Assembly: GCF_003334815.1 (NCBI RefSeq) | Contig: NZ_QOWO01000002.1 | From: Escherichia coli | GTDB lineage: Bacteria; Pseudomonadota; Gammaproteobacteria; Enterobacterales; Enterobacteriaceae | Length of the DNA: 64,000 bases | Strand: one strand, 5' to 3' | Shown here: piece after piece, positions 56,468 through 64,000 of the stretch | Position numbering within the stretch: the stretch's first letter is position 1 | Layout of the letters: the number at the start of each line of letters is the position of its first letter | Notes under the pieces: generated by a model | Seen by the model: the letters and a program-made list of their open reading frames with translations, nothing else | What the model was told of the DNA's origin: nothing | The model's database searches: none | Translations under genes and position numbers: made by a program

Positions 56468-58912
56468 ATGAAAACGAAAATCCCTGATGCGGTATTGGCT
56501 GCTGAGGTGAGTCGCCGTGGTTTGGTAAAAACGACAGCGATCGGCGGCCTGGCAATGGCCAGCAGCGCATTAACATTACCTTTTAGTCGGATTGCGCACG
56601 CTGTCGATAGCGCCATTCCAACAAAATCAGACGAAAAGGTTATCTGGAGCGCCTGTACAGTTAACTGTGGTAGTCGCTGCCCGCTACGTATGCACGTCGT
56701 GGACGGTGAAATCAAATATGTCGAAACGGACAATACCGGCGATGACAATTACGACGGCCTGCACCAGGTTCGCGCCTGCCTGCGTGGGCGTTCCATGCGT
56801 CGCCGTGTCTACAATCCGGACCGCCTGAAATATCCGATGAAACGAGTCGGGGCGCGCGGTGAAGGCAAATTCGAGCGCATTAGCTGGGAAGAAGCCTACG
56901 ACATCATCGCGACCAATATGCAGCGCCTGATCAAAGAGTACGGCAACGAGTCTATCTATCTGAACTATGGCACCGGTACGCTGGGCGGCACCATGACCCG
57001 CTCCTGGCCGCCGGGAAATACCCTGGTCGCGCGGCTGATGAACTGCTGCGGCGGCTATCTGAACCATTACGGCGACTACTCCTCCGCGCAAATTGCGGAA
57101 GGTTTGAACTATACCTACGGCGGCTGGGCAGATGGCAACAGCCCGTCGGATATCGAAAACAGTAAGCTGGTAGTGCTGTTTGGTAATAACCCTGGCGAAA
57201 CGCGAATGAGTGGCGGTGGGGTGACTTACTATCTTGAACAGGCACGCCAGAAATCTAATGCCCGCATGATCATCATCGATCCGCGCTATACCGACACCGG
57301 TGCCGGGCGCGAAGATGAGTGGATCCCTATTCGTCCGGGAACAGATGCCGCACTGGTTAACGGTCTGGCGTACGTCATGATCACTGAAAACCTGGTGGAT
57401 CAGGCATTCCTCGATAAATATTGCGTTGGCTACGATGAGAAAACCCTGCCAGCCAGTGCGCCGAAAAATGGCCACTATAAAGCTTATATTCTGGGTGAAG
57501 GGCCAGATGGCGTGGCTAAAACGCCGGAATGGGCCTCGCAAATCACTGGTGTTCCGGCAGACAAAATCATCAAATTGGCTCGTGAAATCGGTAGTACCAA
57601 ACCGGCGTTTATCAGCCAGGGATGGGGCCCGCAGCGTCACGCTAACGGTGAAATCGCAACCCGTGCTATCTCGATGCTGGCGATTCTGACCGGTAACGTT
57701 GGTATTAACGGAGGCAACAGCGGCGCGCGTGAAGGTTCATACAGCTTACCGTTTGTCCGTATGCCGACCTTGGAAAACCCGATCCAGACCAGCATTTCGA
57801 TGTTTATGTGGACCGATGCCATTGAACGTGGCCCGGAAATGACGGCGCTGCGTGATGGTGTACGCGGGAAAGATAAGCTGGATGTGCCGATCAAAATGAT
57901 CTGGAACTATGCCGGTAACTGCCTGATTAACCAGCATTCTGAAATCAACCGTACCCATGAAATCCTTCAGGATGATAAGAAGTGCGAGCTGATTGTGGTT
58001 ATCGACTGCCACATGACCTCATCGGCGAAATATGCTGACATCCTGCTGCCTGACTGCACCGCTTCCGAACAGATGGACTTTGCGCTGGATGCATCCTGCG
58101 GGAATATGTCTTACGTGATTTTCAACGATCAGGTGATTAAACCGCGCTTTGAATGTAAGACCATCTATGAAATGACCAGCGAACTGGCAAAACGTCTTGG
58201 CGTTGAGCAACAGTTTACTGAAGGCCGTACCCAGGAAGAGTGGATGCGGCATCTGTATGCCCAGTCGCGGGAAGCGATTCCTGAACTGCCAACGTTTGAA
58301 GAGTTCCGCAAGCAGGGGATCTTTAAAAAGCGCGACCCACAAGGGCATCACGTTGCTTATAAAGCCTTCCGTGAAGATCCGCAGGCAAACCCACTGACTA
58401 CGCCATCGGGCAAAATTGAGATTTATTCGCAGGCGCTGGCTGACATTGCCGCTACCTGGGAATTGCCTGAAGGCGATGTGATCGATCCACTGCCGATCTA
58501 CACGCCGGGCTTTGAAAGTTATCAGGATCCGCTGAACAAACAGTATCCGCTGCAGCTTACAGGTTTCCACTATAAATCTCGCGTTCACTCAACTTACGGC
58601 AACGTTGATGTGCTGAAAGCGGCTTGCCGTCAGGAAATGTGGATCAACCCGCTTGATGCCCAAAAACGCGGTATCCACAACGGCGATAAAGTCAGGATCT
58701 TTAACGATCGTGGTGAGGTTCATATTGAGGCGAAAGTGACGCCACGAATGATGCCGGGTGTGGTCGCACTGGGTGAAGGTGCCTGGTATGACCCGGATGC
58801 AAAACGTGTCGATAAGGGTGGTTGTATTAACGTACTGACCACTCAACGTCCGTCTCCTCTCGCTAAGGGGAATCCGTCACATACAAACCTTGTTCAGGTT
58901 GAAAAGGTGTAA
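56468..58912 (+). CDS. dmsA: Anaerobic DMSO reductase catalytic subunit DmsA (molybdopterin, Tat signal)
   Basis: 814-aa ORF; twin-arginine motif SRRGLVK in signal peptide; N-terminal Cys cluster CTVNCGSRC. Confidence 0.95.
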   Translation: MKTKIPDAVLAAEVSRRGLVKTTAIGGLAMASSALTLPFSRIAHAVDSAIPTKSDEKVIWSACTVNCGSRCPLRMHVVDGEIKYVETDNTGDDNYDGLHQVRACLRGRSMRRRVYNPDRLKYPMKRVGARGEGKFERISWEEAYDIIATNMQRLIKEYGNESIYLNYGTGTLGGTMTRSWPPGNTLVARLMNCCGGYLNHYGDYSSAQIAEGLNYTYGGWADGNSPSDIENSKLVVLFGNNPGETRMSGGGVTYYLEQARQKSNARMIIIDPRYTDTGAGREDEWIPIRPGTDAALVNGLAYVMITENLVDQAFLDKYCVGYDEKTLPASAPKNGHYKAYILGEGPDGVAKTPEWASQITGVPADKIIKLAREIGSTKPAFISQGWGPQRHANGEIATRAISMLAILTGNVGINGGNSGAREGSYSLPFVRMPTLENPIQTSISMFMWTDAIERGPEMTALRDGVRGKDKLDVPIKMIWNYAGNCLINQHSEINRTHEILQDDKKCELIVVIDCHMTSSAKYADILLPDCTASEQMDFALDASCGNMSYVIFNDQVIKPRFECKTIYEMTSELAKRLGVEQQFTEGRTQEEWMRHLYAQSREAIPELPTFEEFRKQGIFKKRDPQGHHVAYKAFREDPQANPLTTPSGKIEIYSQALADIAATWELPEGDVIDPLPIYTPGFESYQDPLNKQYPLQLTGFHYKSRVHSTYGNVDVLKAACRQEMWINPLDAQKRGIHNGDKVRIFNDRGEVHIEAKVTPRMMPGVVALGEGAWYDPDAKRVDKGGCINVLTTQRPSPLAKGNPSHTNLVQVEKV

Positions 58913-58922
58913 GGAGTAACCG

Positions 58923-59540
58923 ATGACAACCCAGTATGGATTTTTTATTGATTCCAGCCGTTGCACCGGTTGCAAAACCTGCGAGCTGGCCTGTAAAGAC
59001 TACAAAGATTTGACGCCAGAAGTCAGCTTCCGCCGCATTTATGAATATGCTGGCGGCGACTGGCAGGAAGATAACGGTGTCTGGCACCAGAACGTGTTTG
59101 CCTACTATCTGTCGATTTCATGTAACCACTGCGAAGATCCGGCTTGTACTAAAGTCTGCCCGAGCGGTGCGATGCATAAACGTGAAGATGGTTTTGTTGT
59201 GGTCGATGAAGATGTGTGCATTGGCTGCCGCTACTGCCATATGGCTTGCCCGTATGGCGCACCGCAATATAACGAAACGAAAGGCCATATGACCAAATGC
59301 GATGGTTGTTATGACCGTGTTGCGGAGGGTAAAAAGCCGATCTGTGTTGAATCTTGTCCGCTGCGGGCGCTGGATTTCGGCCCTATCGACGAGCTGCGTA
59401 AAAAACATGGCGATCTGGCGGCCGTTGCGCCGTTGCCGCGAGCTCACTTTACCAAACCGAATATTGTGATCAAACCCAATGCCAATAGCCGCCCGACCGG
59501 GGATACCACTGGCTATCTGGCAAACCCGAAGGAGGTGTGA
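58923..59540 (+). CDS. dmsB: DMSO reductase iron-sulfur subunit DmsB
   Basis: 205-aa ORF with four CxxCxxCxxxCP ferredoxin motifs. Confidence 0.95.
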   Translation: MTTQYGFFIDSSRCTGCKTCELACKDYKDLTPEVSFRRIYEYAGGDWQEDNGVWHQNVFAYYLSISCNHCEDPACTKVCPSGAMHKREDGFVVVDEDVCIGCRYCHMACPYGAPQYNETKGHMTKCDGCYDRVAEGKKPICVESCPLRALDFGPIDELRKKHGDLAAVAPLPRAHFTKPNIVIKPNANSRPTGDTTGYLANPKEV

Positions 59541-59541
59541 G

Positions 59542-60405
59542 ATGGGAAGTGGATGGCATGAATGGCCGCTGATGATCTTCACGGTCTTCGGGCAATGTGT
59601 AGCAGGTGGTTTTATCGTTCTGGCTTTGGCGCTGCTCAAAGGCGACCTGCGAGCAGAAGCCCAGCAGCGTGTTATCGCCTGCATGTTTGGTTTATGGGTG
59701 CTGATGGGCATTGGCTTTATCGCCTCTATGCTCCATCTTGGTTCACCAATGCGCGCTTTTAACTCGCTCAACCGGGTAGGGGCTTCAGCACTCAGTAACG
59801 AAATCGCCAGCGGTTCGATCTTTTTTGCCGTAGGCGGCATCGGCTGGTTGCTGGCAATGCTGAAAAAGCTGTCACCGGCATTGCGTACGCTGTGGCTGAT
59901 AGTGACGATGGTTCTTGGCGTCATCTTTGTCTGGATGATGGTGCGTGTGTATAACAGCATTGATACCGTTCCGACCTGGTACAGCATCTGGACGCCGATG
60001 GGCTTCTTCCTGACGATGTTTATGGGCGGCCCGTTACTGGGTTACCTGTTGTTGAGTCTGGCTGGCGTCGATGGCTGGGCGATGCGTCTGCTGCCAGCAA
60101 TTTCTGTACTGGCACTGGTAGTGAGTGGCGTGGTGTCAGTGATGCAGGGCGCAGAGCTGGCGACTATTCATAGTTCTGTGCAGCAGGCCGCAGCGCTGGT
60201 GCCGGACTATGGTGCGCTGATGTCCTGGCGGATCGTGCTTTTGGCCGTTGCCCTGTGCTTGTGGATTGCACCACAGCTAAAAGGTTATCAGCCTGCGGTT
60301 CCGCTACTTTCTGTATCATTCATTCTGCTTCTGGCAGGGGAATTAATCGGTCGCGGCGTATTCTATGGTTTGCATATGACCGTGGGGATGGCCGTCGCAA
60401 GCTAA
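59542..60405 (+). CDS. dmsC: DMSO reductase membrane anchor subunit DmsC
   Basis: 287-aa polytopic ORF from ATG 59542 (MGSGWHEWPLMIFTVFGQ...) just after dmsB stop. Confidence 0.9.
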   Translation: MGSGWHEWPLMIFTVFGQCVAGGFIVLALALLKGDLRAEAQQRVIACMFGLWVLMGIGFIASMLHLGSPMRAFNSLNRVGASALSNEIASGSIFFAVGGIGWLLAMLKKLSPALRTLWLIVTMVLGVIFVWMMVRVYNSIDTVPTWYSIWTPMGFFLTMFMGGPLLGYLLLSLAGVDGWAMRLLPAISVLALVVSGVVSVMQGAELATIHSSVQQAAALVPDYGALMSWRIVLLAVALCLWIAPQLKGYQPAVPLLSVSFILLLAGELIGRGVFYGLHMTVGMAVAS

Positions 60406-60411
60406 TCATAA

Positions 60412-60445
60412 CAACCGGGGTTTCGGCCCCGGTTCTCTTTTATTT
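60412..60445. terminator. Bidirectional terminator between dmsC and ycaC
   Basis: Hairpin AACCGGGGTTTCGGCCCCGGTT followed by CTCTTTTATTTC. Confidence 0.65.
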
Positions 60446-61066
60446 CTGCTTCGTTAACGTGTCATAACTGGTCATCAAATTACGATAATCAGGAATGTGG
60501 TTAGAGAACAACGTCGCCAGTCCTTCAATATCATTACGCCAGTCGCGATGCAGCTCGCACGCCACGCCGAACCATGTCATCAATTGCGCACCAGCTTGCG
60601 ACAAGCGATCCCATGCCGAATGCCGGGTAATTTCATTAAAGGTCCCTGACGCGTCAGTCACGACAAAGACGTCAAACCCTTCTTCAATGGCTGAAAGCGC
60701 CGGGAATGCCACGCAAACTTCGGTTACCACACCGGCAATAATTAACTGTTTTTTACCTGTCGCTTTGACAGCTTTTACAAAATCTTCGTTATCCCAGGCG
60801 TTAATATTTCCCGGGCGAGCAATGTAAGGTGTATCGGGGAATTGTGCTTTCAGTTCTGGAACTAATGGGCCGTTAGGACCGGTTTCAAAACTGGTGGTAA
60901 GAATAGTTGGTAAGTTGAAATACTTAGCCAGGTCACCCAGCGCCAGCACGTTATTTTTAAACTTATCGGGTTCGATATCCCGTACAAGGGAAAGTAAACC
61001 AGCCTGGTGATCAACAAGCAAAACGGCAGCATCATTTTTATCAAGACGAACATACGGTTTGGTCAT
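60440..61066 (-). CDS. ycaC: Isochorismatase-family hydrolase YcaC
   Basis: 208-aa ORF MTKPYVRLDKNDAAVLLVDHQAGL... Confidence 0.9.
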   Translation of the reverse strand: MTKPYVRLDKNDAAVLLVDHQAGLLSLVRDIEPDKFKNNVLALGDLAKYFNLPTILTTSFETGPNGPLVPELKAQFPDTPYIARPGNINAWDNEDFVKAVKATGKKQLIIAGVVTEVCVAFPALSAIEEGFDVFVVTDASGTFNEITRHSAWDRLSQAGAQLMTWFGVACELHRDWRNDIEGLATLFSNHIPDYRNLMTSYDTLTKQK

Positions 61067-61379
61067 CCTCTTCTCCTTTCGAGAGTCAGTGGTACGTCTG
61101 AAATCGATCAGACGCGATGCATTGCTCTGAAAGCATAGACGGGAAATATGAGTTTGCTGTGACCATGAAATTTTTCGACTGAACGAAGCGTATGAAATTT
61201 GTGTTAGTTCAATAAAAACAATCAGATGAGACTAATCATCTCTTCAGCATTAGCGTTATGAATGAGTAATATAAATCGATAATACCGCCGCTGGGATATC
61301 GCGTATTTTCACCCATTGACAATGTTTTTGGCGGTGGCATGATGCGCATGAAATTTGAACTTCCTCACGGTTTTAATTC

Positions 61380-62528
61380 ATGTCCACGTATACCCAGCCT
61401 GTCATGCTTTTGCTGTCTGGCCTGCTTTTGTTGACTCTGGCGATTGCGGTGTTAAATACACTCGTGCCGCTTTGGCTCGCCCAGGAACACATGTCCACAT
61501 GGCAGGTAGGCGTTGTCAGCTCATCCTATTTTACCGGCAACCTTGTCGGTACATTGCTGACAGGGTATGTCATTAAGCGCATTGGCTTTAACCGCAGCTA
61601 TTATCTGGCCTCCTTCATTTTTGCCGCTGGCTGTGCCGGCCTTGGCCTGATGATTGGATTCTGGAGCTGGTTGGCTTGGCGTTTTGTCGCGGGCGTCGGC
61701 TGTGCCATGATTTGGGTGGTTGTTGAGAGCGCGCTGATGTGCAGTGGGACGTCACGTAACCGTGGGCGTTTGCTTGCTGCGTATATGATGGTTTATTACG
61801 TGGGAACGTTTTTAGGCCAGTTACTGGTCAGCAAAGTTTCAACCGAGCTGATGTCCGTATTGCCGTGGGTTACAGGTTTGACGTTGGCAGGGATCTTACC
61901 GCTGTTGTTTACGCGTGTGCTGAATCAGCAGGCTGAAAACCATGATTCGACGTCAATTACGTCAATGCTAAAACTCCGTCAGGCGCGGCTTGGCGTGAAT
62001 GGCTGCATTATCTCAGGAATCGTTCTGGGATCTCTATATGGCCTGATGCCGCTGTACCTCAATCACAAAGGGGTGAGCAATGCCAGCATTGGTTTCTGGA
62101 TGGCGGTACTGGTCAGTGCGGGTATCCTTGGACAATGGCCGATTGGACGTCTGGCGGATAAGTTTGGTCGACTGCTGGTGTTGCGTGTTCAGGTCTTTGT
62201 CGTCATTCTCGGCAGTATCGCGATGCTTAGCCAGGCGGCGATGGCCCCAGCGTTATTCATCCTCGGTGCCGCTGGCTTTACGCTATATCCGGTGGCGATG
62301 GCATGGGCTTGCGAGAAAGTTGAACATCATCAACTGGTGGCGATGAACCAGGCCTTACTGTTGAGCTATACTGTGGGAAGTCTGCTTGGCCCGTCATTTA
62401 CCGCTATGCTAATGCAGAATTTCTCCGATAATTTATTGTTTATCATGATCGCCAGCGTATCGTTTATCTATTTGCTGATGCTGCTGCGCAACGCCGGTCA
62501 TACGCCGAAACCCGTTGCTCACGTGTAA
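61380..62528 (+). CDS. ycaD: MFS transporter YcaD
   Basis: 382-aa 12-TM-like ORF. Confidence 0.9.
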   Translation: MSTYTQPVMLLLSGLLLLTLAIAVLNTLVPLWLAQEHMSTWQVGVVSSSYFTGNLVGTLLTGYVIKRIGFNRSYYLASFIFAAGCAGLGLMIGFWSWLAWRFVAGVGCAMIWVVVESALMCSGTSRNRGRLLAAYMMVYYVGTFLGQLLVSKVSTELMSVLPWVTGLTLAGILPLLFTRVLNQQAENHDSTSITSMLKLRQARLGVNGCIISGIVLGSLYGLMPLYLNHKGVSNASIGFWMAVLVSAGILGQWPIGRLADKFGRLLVLRVQVFVVILGSIAMLSQAAMAPALFILGAAGFTLYPVAMAWACEKVEHHQLVAMNQALLLSYTVGSLLGPSFTAMLMQNFSDNLLFIMIASVSFIYLLMLLRNAGHTPKPVAHV

Positions 62529-62538
62529 ATGAATTCAA

Positions 62539-62580
62539 GCAGAGTGTGAACTTACTGTTTCACACTCTGCTTTTTTGTTT
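62539..62580 (+). terminator. Intrinsic terminator of ycaD
   Basis: Hairpin GCAGAGTGTGAA...TTCACACTCTGC followed by TTTTTTG. Confidence 0.75.
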
Positions 62581-62737
62581 CTTCTATCTGACTTGCTTTA
62601 TTCCAAATTTTATTCGTTTAAAAATAAAATGTGCAGCAGGTTATAATTTTGCATTTCGCTATTTCCGCACTTCTTATTTGCCGCGCATAATCCCTCGTTT
62701 TACAGATGCCCCTTTAATTTTGGCGAAGGATTTGTCT

Positions 62738-64000
62738 ATGGCTGGGAATGTTCAGGAAAAACAGTTGCGATGGTACAACATTGCGCTGATGTCTTTTATC
62801 ACTGTCTGGGGTTTTGGCAACGTTGTTAATAACTATGCCAACCAGGGGCTGGTGGTTGTTTTTTCATGGGTGTTTATCTTTGCACTCTATTTCACACCTT
62901 ATGCGCTAATTGTTGGTCAGTTAGGCTCGACCTTCAAAGATGGGAAGGGCGGGGTCAGTACCTGGATTAAACACACGATGGGACCCGGACTGGCTTATCT
63001 CGCCGCGTGGACCTACTGGGTGGTGCATATTCCCTATCTGGCACAAAAACCCCAGGCAATTCTGATTGCGCTCGGTTGGGCGATGAAAGGCGACGGTTCG
63101 CTAATCAAAGAATATTCAGTCGTAGCGTTACAGGGGTTAACGCTGGTGCTGTTTATCTTCTTTATGTGGGTTGCTTCACGCGGTATGAAATCGCTGAAAA
63201 TCGTCGGTTCTGTGGCAGGGATTGCTATGTTTGTTATGTCGCTCCTGTATGTGGCGATGGCGGTAACCGCGCCTGCAATTACTGAAGTGCATATTGCGAC
63301 CACAAACATTACCTGGGAAACGTTCATTCCTCATATCGACTTTACCTACATTACCACTATTTCAATGCTGGTTTTCGCGGTTGGCGGAGCAGAGAAGATT
63401 TCTCCTTACGTTAATCAAACGCGCAACCCAGGAAAAGAATTTCCAAAAGGGATGTTATGCCTGGCGGTGATGGTTGCGGTTTGTGCCATTCTGGGCTCGC
63501 TGGCGATGGGGATGATGTTTGATTCGCGTAATATCCCGGATGACTTAATGACCAACGGTCAGTATTACGCCTTTCAGAAGCTGGGCGAGTATTACAACAT
63601 GGGTAATACTTTAATGGTGATTTACGCCATTGCGAATACCCTGGGACAAGTAGCGGCGCTGGTATTCTCGATTGATGCCCCGCTTAAAGTGCTATTAGGT
63701 GATGCTGACAGCAAATATATTCCAGCCAGTTTATGTCGTACCAACGCTTCTGGTACGCCCGTTAATGGCTATTTTCTGACCCTGGTACTGGTGGCGATTC
63801 TGATTATGCTGCCGACTCTCGGCATTGGTGATATGAACAATCTCTATAAATGGCTGTTGAACCTTAATTCGGTAGTGATGCCGCTGCGTTATTTATGGGT
63901 ATTTGTTGCATTTATTGCAGTCGTTCGCTTGGCGCAGAAATATAAACCAGAATATGTCTTTATTCGTAATAAGCCTCTGGCAATGACCGTCGGGATTTGG
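62738..64000 (+). CDS. ycaM: Putative APC-family amino acid transporter YcaM, N-terminal part (3' end outside window)
   Basis: Open frame from ATG 62738 (MAGNVQEKQLRWYNIALMSFITVWGFGNVVNNYANQGLVVVFSWVF...) to window end with no stop; absent from ORF track only because it lacks a stop inside the window. Confidence 0.85.
   Translation, partial: MAGNVQEKQLRWYNIALMSFITVWGFGNVVNNYANQGLVVVFSWVFIFALYFTPYALIVGQLGSTFKDGKGGVSTWIKHTMGPGLAYLAAWTYWVVHIPYLAQKPQAILIALGWAMKGDGSLIKEYSVVALQGLTLVLFIFFMWVASRGMKSLKIVGSVAGIAMFVMSLLYVAMAVTAPAITEVHIATTNITWETFIPHIDFTYITTISMLVFAVGGAEKISPYVNQTRNPGKEFPKGMLCLAVMVAVCAILGSLAMGMMFDSRNIPDDLMTNGQYYAFQKLGEYYNMGNTLMVIYAIANTLGQVAALVFSIDAPLKVLLGDADSKYIPASLCRTNASGTPVNGYFLTLVLVAILIMLPTLGIGDMNNLYKWLLNLNSVVMPLRYLWVFVAFIAVVRLAQKYKPEYVFIRNKPLAMTVGIW

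Noticed and set aside
56684-57640. 318-aa minus-strand ORF inside dmsA
   Set aside because: Fully antisense to dmsA, which has a Tat signal and Mo-enzyme motifs; typical GC-rich antisense open frame.

Overview
This window reads as a contiguous Escherichia coli K-12-like core chromosome segment running from the 3' end of mdfA to the 5' part of ycaM, and I do not see a novel multi-gene system in it. Gene calls rest on my recognition of the translated ORFs and known gene order, checked codon by codon against the sequence; nothing was searched against a database. Content is about 60 protein genes (pot, art, poxB-ltaE-ybjT, hcp-hcr, macAB, clpSA, cydDC, trxB, lrp, ftsK, lolA, rarA, serS, dmsABC), tRNA-Ser serW, the sRNA RybB, REP/BIME repeats and several intrinsic terminators. 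No IS element, integrase, prophage or island is present. The observations most worth a second look are: (1) aat carries an in-frame TAG at codon 49; (2) grxA carries an apparent 1-bp deletion just upstream of its CPYC active site; (3) a two-repeat, one-spacer type I-F CRISPR remnant sits between clpA and serW with no cas genes; (4) ybjD is a stand-alone OLD-family ATPase/TOPRIM nuclease of unknown function; (5) a GC-rich, hairpin-dense ~220-bp element lies in the lysO-aqpZ intergenic region. The two lesions could be real mutations or sequence errors; raw reads would decide.
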